Of a stretch of 64,000 nt of DNA, positions 18,411-27,776 are shown in pieces (the stretch's first letter is position 1; each line of letters begins with the position of its first letter). A model generated the notes under the pieces. That model did no database searches, was not told where the DNA came from, and was given only the letters and a program-made list of their open reading frames with translations. The translations under genes and the position numbers were made by a program. The stretch is from a virus, in the IMG/VR virus record IMGVR_UViG_3300028115_000004, positions 51,860 to 115,859 of that record; one strand, 5' to 3'.

Positions 18411-18464
18411 CGCTTGCAATCAAAGCAAGAATATGGGATAATTACCCTGTAATTGAGAGAGAGG
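18411..18464 (+). promoter_or_regulatory. Early promoter with conserved leader
   Basis: CGC TTGCAA(18414) -17- GATAAT(18437), then TACCCTGTAATTGAGAGAGAGG. Confidence 0.7.
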
Positions 18465-18472
18465 TGTTTATT

Positions 18473-18730
18473 ATGATTACTAACTTTATTGCTCTGCGTT
18501 CTAACCCCGTCCTCGTTGAGTTCCGTGACTATGTTCACTCTTTCTACGGTAAGGGTGGAATCTATGACCTCGGTTGCAGTATCCCCGAAATCGAAGTTGC
18601 GATCATGGACTACATCAAGATCGTGAGTGACCCCGATAGGTTCGAAGAGTGGGGTGACGGTGACTCTCTTGACCGTGAACGTGTTCGGGAGATTCTTGAG
18701 AATGATTACGGCTTTGAGGAGATTGCATGA
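18473..18730 (+). CDS. Hypothetical early protein
   Basis: GAGG RBS; first gene after the promoter. Confidence 0.65.
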   Translation: MITNFIALRSNPVLVEFRDYVHSFYGKGGIYDLGCSIPEIEVAIMDYIKIVSDPDRFEEWGDGDSLDRERVREILENDYGFEEIA

Positions 18731-19320
18731 GAAAATACCACTACGAATACCAAACCTATCTGTTGAAACACACTCGTAAACAGAACAAGGGTGCGGGTTA
18801 TACTCAAGACTCTGAACGTCTCAAGACCTACCGTGCTGAGTGGGCGTTCCAGAGTCGTGTGAAACTTCCGCAGTTCAAGGACATCAAGGAAGCGCAGAAG
18901 TTCGCCAAGAAGGTTTACAAGTCCAAGACTTGGCAGAAACTCTGGAAACAGAGTATTGAAGGTGACGTGACTCGACTCTTCGCCTCTAACCCGAAGGTGG
19001 TTCAGAAGGAACGGTCTTCTGGTCGGGGTACTTCTGGTTTTACTAACGGTTATACCGTGACCCTAGATAGTATCGCTGGTTTCGATGCGTACACGTTGAT
19101 CCACGAACTGACTCACTGTTTGGGTCACATGCATCATGGTCGATCTTTCCGAAAGACTCTGTTGTCAATGGTTGGAGTCTTCCTTGGTGCGGAACACAAG
19201 AAGATTCTGAAAGAAGAATTAAAGAATCGTAAGTTAGCGTTCGGTGAGGCACGTAAACCTATGAGTTACGAACAGTGGGTGGCTGCGAGAGAACGTATGG
19301 AGAAAATGCGTAATGGTTGA
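18727..19320 (+). CDS. HExxH zinc metallopeptidase-like (SprT-like) protein
   Basis: TLIHELTH...HHGRSF. Confidence 0.7.
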   Translation: MRKYHYEYQTYLLKHTRKQNKGAGYTQDSERLKTYRAEWAFQSRVKLPQFKDIKEAQKFAKKVYKSKTWQKLWKQSIEGDVTRLFASNPKVVQKERSSGRGTSGFTNGYTVTLDSIAGFDAYTLIHELTHCLGHMHHGRSFRKTLLSMVGVFLGAEHKKILKEELKNRKLAFGEARKPMSYEQWVAARERMEKMRNG

Positions 19321-19612
19321 TGGAAAAGGTGATCCGATGGTTCGTGCAGAAGGCCGAACCAAACCAGATCGAAAGTGGTATCCTGAAGATTTCGATTGGT
19401 ATCTGAAGTGGATGGCGACTGTCGCTATCCTTACTTCGGTACTGTTCCGTAATGCTGGGCCTAATTATCGTGAATATGATCTTGCCATAGGTACTGTAGG
19501 TACGATACTATGGTTGTGGGTGTCGATCATCTGGCGTGATCGTGCTCTTATTTTGTTGAATGGTGCAATGACAATCCTGTTGGGCACTGCATTCATTCGG
19601 GAGTTTTTATGA
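19313..19612 (+). CDS. Small 3-TM membrane protein
   Basis: WYLKWMAT..., LWLWVSIIWRDRALILLN. Confidence 0.7.
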   Translation: MVDGKGDPMVRAEGRTKPDRKWYPEDFDWYLKWMATVAILTSVLFRNAGPNYREYDLAIGTVGTILWLWVSIIWRDRALILLNGAMTILLGTAFIREFL

Positions 19613-20289
19613 AAGTTTTTGAACATGTAGACGTTGAACTAAAAGAGATGGTTGCAGAGACAACCGAATCTGGTCGGATCTACAAAACACCGGAGGGTAT
19701 CGGTTTACCCTCCATCACAACCGTACTCAGTATACTATCACGTGACAGTATTGCGAAGTGGCGATCACGTGTGGGAGAAGCTGAAGCGAATAAAATCTCT
19801 CATCGTGCATCTACTCGTGGTACACGTGTTCACGAAATCTGTGAAAAGTATGTGGACAATGACCCCGATTATAAAGAAGGTTACACACCCGATATCATTG
19901 AGTCATTCATGCAGTTACAACCTATCTTGGATGAACGTCTGACTAAGGTCTATGCACAAGAAGCGCCTCTCTACTCCACCCATCTTGGGGTGGCAGGTCG
20001 TGTTGACTGTGTTGGTATCTTTGATGGTAAACTATCCATCATCGACTACAAGACCTCTATGAAACCCAAACGACTTGATTGGATTAAGAACTACTTCATG
20101 CAAGAGTCTGCCTACGCAATCATGTGGGAAGAACGTACAGGTATGCCTATCACACAGTTGGTGACTATCATCTCTGTGGATAATGCAGAACCCCAAGTGT
20201 TTATCGAACACCGTGACAATTGGGTGCGTCCTTTGCGTGATACAATTGCACAGTATAATGAGGAAAATTCGACTATCCAATTCTTATAA
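19609..20289 (+). CDS. PD-(D/E)XK exonuclease
   Basis: PSITTVL, RGTRVH, AGRVDC, IIDYKTS, Q..AY. Confidence 0.85.
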   Translation: MKVFEHVDVELKEMVAETTESGRIYKTPEGIGLPSITTVLSILSRDSIAKWRSRVGEAEANKISHRASTRGTRVHEICEKYVDNDPDYKEGYTPDIIESFMQLQPILDERLTKVYAQEAPLYSTHLGVAGRVDCVGIFDGKLSIIDYKTSMKPKRLDWIKNYFMQESAYAIMWEERTGMPITQLVTIISVDNAEPQVFIEHRDNWVRPLRDTIAQYNEENSTIQFL

Positions 20290-20292
20290 ATA
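20285..20292 (+). promoter_or_regulatory. T4-type late promoter
   Basis: TATAAATA upstream of the 20331 gene. Confidence 0.7.
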
Positions 20293-20330
20293 GTGTTATA
20301 ATTTAATTTTCAACACTAATGGGTAATCGA

Positions 20331-21632
20331 ATGTTAAAGTTTTCAACCTTCCTGTCAGAGTCATCTCTCACTTTCGGTGAGATCACTCGTGATGACAGGG
20401 CGTTTCGTTTGGACTTGTTCCTGCGTAAGTACAAGGGCAATGAACCGTTTGATCTGACAGACGGTAGTCAGGTTGTCCTGAAGTACAACGCAGAGATTGA
20501 GAAGTCACTCAAGGCCAAAGACGCCAAGACTGCGAACTCTATTGGTTTGGAAACAAATGCGGGTGAGAAGATCGCCTTCGGTAAACTGGCCAAGTCTGCA
20601 GAGTTTGGTGGTGGACGTGGTTCGGGTGGCGGATCAGACAATACCCGTGCAACCGAATCCGCTCAGTGTGTCTACCTACAGTGTATCTGGGATGACCCCC
20701 AAACCAAATTCACTCCCGATGATATTCGCAACGCATACAAAAAGACTCACGTTGATGCCTCTATGGATGAGGTTCTACTTGGGGATGAGACTTGGATTTC
20801 CACATCTATTGACGCTGCACGTCTTATCCACAAGGTACTGAAGAGAAAGAAATACAGTTTCCATCGTGGGTCGAGTTGGGTCGATGCACTTGAGTCCAAG
20901 TTCAAAGAGGTCAATAAGAATGATGGTCGTCCTTTCGCAAACGTCAACAAGTGGACTCCTGCAGACATCTGGATGGTTGCAGAAGGGGCGGAAGGTAGAT
21001 ATGATATTCAGGGTGCGGAGTCCATCCAGTACCTCAATAACGAATTGATGAAAGCCTATGCAGAGAGGGACATTATCGGTGTCTCTCTAAAACAAACTGG
21101 CAAGAAACCAAGACTGGTTCAGGTCAACTACAAGGCTCCTTTCAAAGCTCCCAAGTTCACAAGAGTAACCTACGGTAAACGTGACTTCTTTAAATCGAAG
21201 GACGGTTATCTCTTTGGTGCGGGTGGTGTTGAAATGCAATTCCGTACCTATCCCACATTCCAGACTGAGGTAATTGGTAAGAACGCAAAACACGGTAAGG
21301 TCTCGCATGGTGGTATCGACGCTGCACTCTATGCGACAACTCGTGATAAGACCGAGAACCGTAAACAACTAGAAGCCTATATCAAGAAAGACCGTGAGGG
21401 ATTCCTTGACAAGTTCTATGGATTCTATACCTCTGCGGTACAAAATCCGGTAGACCGCCAGAAGTTCGGTGAAGAACTGGCGAGTAAGAATGTAGAGTGG
21501 TTGGTATCGAAATATTATGTCACATCTATTTTTGTGATGATCAGGGGACGTGAACAGGACTTCATGAGTTATCTGTATCGTGTCGCAAAGTCAGAATCAC
21601 CGCTCTCTGCGGTTCACTTAAAGGTAATGTAA
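20331..21632 (+). CDS. PD-(D/E)XK endonuclease-like protein with capsid-targeting-like N-terminus
   Basis: MLKFSTFLSE; KSAEFGGG; TESAQC; KWTPADIW...IIGVSLK. Confidence 0.55.
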   Translation: MLKFSTFLSESSLTFGEITRDDRAFRLDLFLRKYKGNEPFDLTDGSQVVLKYNAEIEKSLKAKDAKTANSIGLETNAGEKIAFGKLAKSAEFGGGRGSGGGSDNTRATESAQCVYLQCIWDDPQTKFTPDDIRNAYKKTHVDASMDEVLLGDETWISTSIDAARLIHKVLKRKKYSFHRGSSWVDALESKFKEVNKNDGRPFANVNKWTPADIWMVAEGAEGRYDIQGAESIQYLNNELMKAYAERDIIGVSLKQTGKKPRLVQVNYKAPFKAPKFTRVTYGKRDFFKSKDGYLFGAGGVEMQFRTYPTFQTEVIGKNAKHGKVSHGGIDAALYATTRDKTENRKQLEAYIKKDREGFLDKFYGFYTSAVQNPVDRQKFGEELASKNVEWLVSKYYVTSIFVMIRGREQDFMSYLYRVAKSESPLSAVHLKVM

Positions 21633-21633
21633 C

Positions 21634-22353
21634 ATGGCTATATCTCATTATATGGAGGGAGACCTCTCACTCAATATTGCACGTGGTATTGTTCTCAATG
21701 CAAGCGCAGAACATAAATTTGGGGCGGTTCCCGCAATGTCAACCGGAGAAACCGGAACGATATGGGATATCAATGACACCCCATATCCTTGGACTGCATT
21801 TGATACTGCCGGAGTGTTAACCATTCCTCCAGTAAATGTTGCTGATAATGGCGGAACCGTAACCGTATTTGGTTTAGACGCAAATTACGAACCACAGACC
21901 GAATCTTTTGTTGTGTCAAATACACTAACAACTACCGGAACCAAAACCTTTAAACGAGTACATCGTGCATACTATACTGATGGTATCACTAATGTCGGTG
22001 CTATTGACATTCAACGTGGCGGTACAACTGTTGCAAGAATTTCAGTTGGTAAAGCTCAAACTCTTATGGCAGTCTATACAGTACCCTATGGATATACAGC
22101 ATACTTGTCTACAGGTACCATGTCTATCGAGAAAGGTGGTGATGCGAGTGGTAACTTTTTTGTTCGGTATTTCGGTCAATCATCCTTTCGAATAGCACAT
22201 TCATTCGAAGTTGGAGATGGTTCACAATACAAGTATAATTTCGCAGTACCTTTGGCACTTCCTGCGAAAACTGACATCGATGTAAGGTGTACTATGAAGA
22301 CTAACAATTCTCGTGCTTCTGCTGCGTTCGACATGATTCTAATTAAGGATTAA
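21634..22353 (+). CDS. Hypothetical beta-rich protein (possibly virion-associated)
   Basis: G/T/V-rich 239 aa ORF in the late block. Confidence 0.55.
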   Translation: MAISHYMEGDLSLNIARGIVLNASAEHKFGAVPAMSTGETGTIWDINDTPYPWTAFDTAGVLTIPPVNVADNGGTVTVFGLDANYEPQTESFVVSNTLTTTGTKTFKRVHRAYYTDGITNVGAIDIQRGGTTVARISVGKAQTLMAVYTVPYGYTAYLSTGTMSIEKGGDASGNFFVRYFGQSSFRIAHSFEVGDGSQYKYNFAVPLALPAKTDIDVRCTMKTNNSRASAAFDMILIKD

Positions 22354-22360
22354 TTCTATT

Positions 22361-23581
22361 ATGAATTTTTTAGAGTTTATCACAGAACAGAAAAATACTC
22401 ACATGACCCATATTGAGGACAAGGTTCTCTATGGGGGTGTCAAGGGTACACGAGAAGCAATCTTTGCCTTGCGTGAGTTACGTGACATGTTGTCAGGTAA
22501 ACACGAGGGGAAAGTTTCTGTTAAGTGGGACGGTGCGCCTGCAATCTTCTGTGGTCAAGACCCCCGAGACGGTAAGTTCTTTGTCGCCAAGAAAGGTATC
22601 TTTGCGAAGAGTCCCAAGGTCTACAAGACAGATGCAGAGATCGATGCGGACATGTCAGGTGACCTCGCAGACAAGATGAAGGCTGCATTGCAATACTTAC
22701 CCGCATTGGGAATCAAGGGTGTCATTCAGGGAGACTTCCTGTTTGGGCCTGGCGATCTACAGAGAAAGAAAATAGACGGAGAGTCCTATGTTACGTTTCA
22801 TCCTAATACTATTGTATATGCTGTTCCCGTTAAAATGGCTTCTGATATTCTGAAAGCGAAGATCGGTATTGTATGGCACACCACCTACACGGGTAATGAC
22901 TTCGAATCCATGAAGGCATCCTATGGTGTGAACGTGTCCAAGTTCAAGAAGTCTACTGCAGTCTGGTCTCAGGATGCGATGTTACGAGACGTTACCAAGG
23001 CAACCATGTCTGCGAGTGACACCGAAGAAGTTAATGGATACCTAAGTACTGCAGGCAAATTGTTCAATAAGATTGCCGGATCGACCCTTCGTGAGTTAGA
23101 ATCAAAACAACACATTGCACAACTGATCGAACAGTACAACAACACTTTTGTGCGGCAAAATCAAGTGATTGGCGACACTAATCTGCACGTAAGAGGGTTG
23201 ATCAAGTGGATCAACGATAAGTTCCAGAAAGAGGCTGACAAACGTTCTACTGAAAAGGGTAAGGCAACACAGTATACAAAACGAGACGAAATCCTAGAAT
23301 TCTTCTCACCCAAGAACCGTAAGTCTCTGGTTAATATGTTTGATTTGCAAAAAAGTATCGTACTTGCGAAGTTAAAACTTATAAATAAACTTGATAGTTT
23401 AAAGAAGATTGATACTTTTGTTAAGACCAAACAGGGGTATAAAGTAACCGGAGAAGAAGGTTACGTTGCAATCGATAAACTTGGTGGTGATGCGGTGAAA
23501 CTTGTTGATCGTATGGAATTCTCATACAACAACTTTTCACCAGATATACTTAAGGGATGGGATAAACCAACGAGAAACTAG
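22361..23581 (+). CDS. ATP-dependent ligase/nucleotidyltransferase-like protein
   Basis: Motif I-like VSVKWDG, QGDFLF, EGYV, VKLVDR; N-terminus MNFLEFITE. Confidence 0.55.
   Translation: MNFLEFITEQKNTHMTHIEDKVLYGGVKGTREAIFALRELRDMLSGKHEGKVSVKWDGAPAIFCGQDPRDGKFFVAKKGIFAKSPKVYKTDAEIDADMSGDLADKMKAALQYLPALGIKGVIQGDFLFGPGDLQRKKIDGESYVTFHPNTIVYAVPVKMASDILKAKIGIVWHTTYTGNDFESMKASYGVNVSKFKKSTAVWSQDAMLRDVTKATMSASDTEEVNGYLSTAGKLFNKIAGSTLRELESKQHIAQLIEQYNNTFVRQNQVIGDTNLHVRGLIKWINDKFQKEADKRSTEKGKATQYTKRDEILEFFSPKNRKSLVNMFDLQKSIVLAKLKLINKLDSLKKIDTFVKTKQGYKVTGEEGYVAIDKLGGDAVKLVDRMEFSYNNFSPDILKGWDKPTRN
23380..23387 (+). promoter_or_regulatory. Possible internal late promoter
   Basis: TATAAATA inside a CDS, ~200 nt before the next gene. 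Confidence 0.35.
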
Positions 23582-23582
23582 A

Positions 23583-24032
23583 ATGTCTAAACCGTTACGA
23601 TTTAAAGATTTTGTAAGCGTAGATTACACTCAGTCGGGTGATGATCAACTTGCAAATCAATCAAAGAAAAGAAAAGAACACATCCCCACAGGTAACACTG
23701 GCGAGGCGTTAGACTTTACTGCTCGTCGGAAACTTGCTCGTTCCATGAAAAAGAATAAAGCAAAGATTGCGATTGGTCGTAAGAGGGCCGCACGTAAGTT
23801 TGCAGACATGGACAAACTCAAGAAACGTGCACAGAAACAGGCACGTATGACATTCTTTAAGAAAATCACCAAAGGCATGTCCAAGGACGAACTCTCCTTC
23901 GCACGTAGACAGGATATTGAGAAACGTCTAGATAAGATGAAACCTAAGATTGATAAACTAGCTCGCAAACTTCTTCCTAAAGTTCGCCAGCAAGAAAAAG
24001 ACCGTAAGCGTGGCGGAAACGATGATGATTAA
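23583..24032 (+). CDS. Highly basic hypothetical protein
   Basis: K/R-rich 149 aa. Confidence 0.65.
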   Translation: MSKPLRFKDFVSVDYTQSGDDQLANQSKKRKEHIPTGNTGEALDFTARRKLARSMKKNKAKIAIGRKRAARKFADMDKLKKRAQKQARMTFFKKITKGMSKDELSFARRQDIEKRLDKMKPKIDKLARKLLPKVRQQEKDRKRGGNDDD

Positions 24033-25488
24033 GAATTTTTCACAATACCTGATCGAAGAAGAAAGAGAAGTTTATTTTACCTTTGGTAGAATGAACCCAC
24101 CTACTATTGGTCACGGTAAAGTGATGGACACCCTTTCAACCAAGTCTGGAAAAGCAGACTATAAGGTGTATGTGTCCCAACAGAGTAATCCGAAGAAAGA
24201 CCCTCTCTCGTATTCAGACAAAGTAAAACACATTCGTAAGATGTTTCCAAAACATGCACGTAATGTGATGATCGACAAGAACATCAAGAACGTCTTCGAT
24301 GTCGCTTCCCGTCTGTACGATCAGGGTTACAAGAGAATCACGATGGTGGTTGGAGAAGACCGCATTCGTGAGTTTGACGTGTTGTTGAACAAGTACAACG
24401 GTGTCAAGGCTCGTCACGGATTCTACAACTTTGAGAACATTAATGTAGTCTCTGCTGGTAAACGTGATCCCGATGCAGAGGGTGTTGAAGGTATGTCCGC
24501 ATCGAAGCAACGTGAGAATGCGAAGAACAATGACTTCGTTACGTTCGCTCAGGGTGTACCCAAAACAATGTCTGACAAGGATGCACGTAAACTCTTTAAC
24601 GATGTGCGTAAGGGAATGGGTCTCAAAGAAGAGCGTTCTTTCAAGAACCACATCGAACTTATGCCTGTTTCTGAAACAAGAGAACAGTACGTACAAGGGG
24701 AACTGTATGGGCTCGGTGATACAGTCGTTATCAAAGAGACTGAAGAAGTGGGTACAGTCTCGTTGCTCGGGGCAAATTACGTTATCGTCGAACGCTCAGA
24801 TGGCACTCGACTACGCAAATGGCTCGATGCAATCGAACTCGTTGAAAGACAAGACCCCGACATCAAAGACAGAGAGGGAACCCAACCCGCACGATACCAC
24901 TCTGGACTGAAGAAGTCCACCAAGGTTTCACGAGACGCTCACTTCAAGAAGCACGGTAAGAAGGCAGACGATGATGACTCTGCATACAAACCTGCGCCTG
25001 GCGATAAGACTGCAAAGACTAAACCTTCCAAGTACACCAAACAGTTCAAGGACATGTTTGATGAAAACGTAACCAAACAGGTAAAGGAAGAAATGGAGAT
25101 TACCTTTGAAGGTATCTTTGCTCGTTCGGATGGTAGTCCGGAAACCACCGCTCAAATGATTTCACGTTGGGCATCCAGAACCACCAAGAAAAAACAGTAC
25201 GATCAGGTTGCAAAATACATCCGTAAAGAGATGGAGAAGGATAAGGGTAAAAAGCATAGTGCAGAATATCATGCAGCTGAGGCTATTCGCAAATTTAACC
25301 TCAAGGGGTTTGATGACAGGGCACTTGCTCAGATCGTGAGAAACGAACAGACCGAAGAGACTGATCCTGTCAAGTCTGCACAGGATTCTATCGCTCGTGA
25401 GAAAGAACAAGACAAAAAGAAACATGACAAGATTCTTGACCGTGCAAGACTTGCACGTGCAAAACAAAAGAATAGGGAAACGAAATGA
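24025..25488 (+). CDS. Cytidylyltransferase-superfamily (HxGH) nucleotidyltransferase with long C-terminal extension
   Basis: FTFGRMNPPTIGH, KDPLSY, VVGEDR, GMSASK; N-terminus MIKNFSQYLIEE. Confidence 0.8.
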   Translation: MIKNFSQYLIEEEREVYFTFGRMNPPTIGHGKVMDTLSTKSGKADYKVYVSQQSNPKKDPLSYSDKVKHIRKMFPKHARNVMIDKNIKNVFDVASRLYDQGYKRITMVVGEDRIREFDVLLNKYNGVKARHGFYNFENINVVSAGKRDPDAEGVEGMSASKQRENAKNNDFVTFAQGVPKTMSDKDARKLFNDVRKGMGLKEERSFKNHIELMPVSETREQYVQGELYGLGDTVVIKETEEVGTVSLLGANYVIVERSDGTRLRKWLDAIELVERQDPDIKDREGTQPARYHSGLKKSTKVSRDAHFKKHGKKADDDDSAYKPAPGDKTAKTKPSKYTKQFKDMFDENVTKQVKEEMEITFEGIFARSDGSPETTAQMISRWASRTTKKKQYDQVAKYIRKEMEKDKGKKHSAEYHAAEAIRKFNLKGFDDRALAQIVRNEQTEETDPVKSAQDSIAREKEQDKKKHDKILDRARLARAKQKNRETK

Positions 25489-25733
25489 AGCGTTATGCAC
25501 TCTGGGATAATCTGGGAAACCTAGAAGAGGGGCCTGATGGACTCGCTGCAAAAGCGAAGAAGTCGGGTATCTCCGTTGATACCTTGAAGAAGGTATACAA
25601 CCGTGGGGTTGCCGCATGGAAGACCGGACATAGACCAGGCACTACTCCCCAACAGTGGGGTATGGCAAGAGTGAATGCGTTCATCGTTAAAAAGAAGAAA
25701 GGCAACCTTAACCACGACAAGGATCTTGCATAA
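25485..25733 (+). CDS. Conserved phage hypothetical protein
   Basis: KAKKSGI...VYNRGVAAWKTGHRPG..PQQWGMARV motif. Confidence 0.65.
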   Translation: MKRYALWDNLGNLEEGPDGLAAKAKKSGISVDTLKKVYNRGVAAWKTGHRPGTTPQQWGMARVNAFIVKKKKGNLNHDKDLA

Positions 25734-26675
25734 ATGAAAACGTTAAAAGAATTACGTGAGAAGTCAGTCTCACAAGCCCAACAAAAGATGATGGGTATGG
25801 CACTCGCATACAAGCGTGGTGAGATGGACGATGCGTCACCCGAAGTCAAGAAGATGGCAAACTCTATGTCTACGAAAGACCTAGAAGACTTCGCAAAGAC
25901 CAAACACAAAGGTCTACCTGCGAAGAGAGTTGCAGAGGGTTTCACTCCTAAAGAAATCAAGATGGCAATCGGTGTTGCATCTGATAAACGATATGCGGAT
26001 GGTAACTACACTGGTGCGGTCAAGGCTATCGAAAAGATCAAGAAGGGTCTATCTAAACATAGTCAAGTAGCGGCAGTTCTCAAGAGACAGAACGAGTCAA
26101 CAGAACTTGTTTCTGAAGCAATTGATTTCTTCAAGGTCGCAAAAGCATTCGATGACTATGCGAAGAAGCATGGTGGTATCGATAAGTCATCCTTCATGAA
26201 GGTCGGTCAGTTTGTTCGTCAACTTGGTAAAGAGTCAGACGTAAACAAGCAGGACAAGACTTTCATGGCGATGAAGAAGTTTATTGGTGCAATGGACACT
26301 GACCCCCGTGATGGTGTGATCCAAATCCTCCAGAAGCATGGTATGTGGAAGAATGGTCGAATCATGCGTGAGTATCACGCTCAGAAGGAAGGAGTTGATT
26401 TCTTCGCACTGAGAGAAAAGAAAGACTCGTACCCTCTCTACCACAAGACTTATTCAGGTGCAATGGCTGCCGCATATGAGTATGCGAAGAAGAAGGGTTA
26501 CGAAGTAGACCCCGACGATATTGATCGTAAGGTTGCAACTGGCCCTCGCAAACCGTCCAACGGTAAGACCAACAGTTTCACTCTCAAGTTAAAGGATGAG
26601 AATCGTAAGATGCTAGCAGTACAGGTGACCAATCTGGACAACAAGCGTTACGAACTCAATACCTATATCACATGA
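25734..26675 (+). CDS. Multi-module hypothetical protein (DUF3008-like N-module)
   Basis: MKTLKELRE; SQAQQKMMGMALAYKRGE...DFAKTKHKGLP. Confidence 0.6.
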   Translation: MKTLKELREKSVSQAQQKMMGMALAYKRGEMDDASPEVKKMANSMSTKDLEDFAKTKHKGLPAKRVAEGFTPKEIKMAIGVASDKRYADGNYTGAVKAIEKIKKGLSKHSQVAAVLKRQNESTELVSEAIDFFKVAKAFDDYAKKHGGIDKSSFMKVGQFVRQLGKESDVNKQDKTFMAMKKFIGAMDTDPRDGVIQILQKHGMWKNGRIMREYHAQKEGVDFFALREKKDSYPLYHKTYSGAMAAAYEYAKKKGYEVDPDDIDRKVATGPRKPSNGKTNSFTLKLKDENRKMLAVQVTNLDNKRYELNTYIT

Positions 26676-27184
26676 AATCATTTCAAGAACATTGCGACTG
26701 CGGAACAGAATCCAGACTCGTAGAGAACAATCCCTACCGTGTTGGTAGTGAGAAGTACTATGAGTACTGGAAAGATGTGCGTGAGCAGTATTACAACGGT
26801 GAACTGGAGATTGACACCCATGAGTTAGATATCATGGAGTCTGATCTGGGAACCTTTGCTCACGTCGATGGTCAAAATGTTGCCTTGGATTGCATTTTCG
26901 AAGAAGAGAAACAACCGGAACTGAACAAACCCAAAGCGGGTGGCCCGAAGAAGTACTACGTGTACGTCAAAGACCCCTCGACTGGTAACATCAAGAAAGT
27001 CTCGTGGGGAGATACCACAGGACTAAAGGTTAAGTTGAACGACCCTGCAGCTCGTAAGAGTTTTGCGGCAAGACATAAGTGTGCACAACAAAACGATAAG
27101 ACAACTGCTGCATACTGGGCGTGTAGATTGCCTAGATACGCAAAACAATTAGGACTGAGTGGTGGCGGATCGTTCTTCTGGTAA
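26672..27184 (+). CDS. Conserved phage hypothetical protein
   Basis: KKYYVYVK..GNIKKVSWGD...ARKSFAARHKC...YWAC. Confidence 0.65.
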   Translation: MKSFQEHCDCGTESRLVENNPYRVGSEKYYEYWKDVREQYYNGELEIDTHELDIMESDLGTFAHVDGQNVALDCIFEEEKQPELNKPKAGGPKKYYVYVKDPSTGNIKKVSWGDTTGLKVKLNDPAARKSFAARHKCAQQNDKTTAAYWACRLPRYAKQLGLSGGGSFFW

Positions 27185-27449
27185 ACCTTATCACGATTTC
27201 CGGATGATGACGGATAATGTTATTATCCGTCTGTTTCGAAAAGAAACGCATGAGGAAGAGTTAATCTGGCATCGTGATCTGAATGATCGTGATGTTCTGG
27301 TAGAAGACGGTATCGGTTGGAAGTTCCAACTAGATAACGAGTTACCTGTCGAATTAAAGATTGGAGACAGGTTTAAAATTCCAAAGATGACATACCATCG
27401 TATTATAAAAGGTGATGGTGATCTTCTTTTGAGAATAAAAGAGATATAA
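27159..27449 (+). CDS. Small cupin-like protein
   Basis: ELIWHRD, WKFQLDNELP, IPKMTYHRIIKG. Confidence 0.6.
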   Translation: MVADRSSGKPYHDFRMMTDNVIIRLFRKETHEEELIWHRDLNDRDVLVEDGIGWKFQLDNELPVELKIGDRFKIPKMTYHRIIKGDGDLLLRIKEI

Positions 27450-27452
27450 ATA
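27445..27452 (+). promoter_or_regulatory. T4-type late promoter
   Basis: TATAAATA 30 nt before ATG 27483. Confidence 0.7.
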
Positions 27453-27482
27453 GTAGAAGTACTTTATTCCAATGGGACTATT

Positions 27483-27764
27483 ATGGCAGATACACAGGTA
27501 AAACGGTTAGACCGGATCGAAGAGAAAATCGACAAGCTCGCTGATGCTATGGTCACTCTTGCTCGGACAGAAGAAAAGATTCTGTCTATTGAGAAGGAGA
27601 ATCATAATCATTTTGAGAGGATGAATCGATTCTCCGAGAAGTTAGATACTCTTCAGCGGACTGTGGACGATAATGCCAGAACGGTTTTGTTGATTAATAG
27701 AATTACTGTAATCGTGGGTACTGGTGTAATCGGTGCCTTAATTAAATTTTTCTGGTTCATGTAA
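27483..27764 (+). CDS. Coiled-coil protein with C-terminal TM helix
   Basis: RLDRIEEKIDKL...; terminal hydrophobic helix. Confidence 0.65.
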   Translation: MADTQVKRLDRIEEKIDKLADAMVTLARTEEKILSIEKENHNHFERMNRFSEKLDTLQRTVDDNARTVLLINRITVIVGTGVIGALIKFFWFM

Positions 27765-27776
27765 CGGAGACCTAAG

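Noticed and set aside
19609-20289. Cas4/CRISPR association of the PD-(D/E)XK nuclease
   Set aside because: No four-Cys Fe-S motif and no array or cas genes in the window
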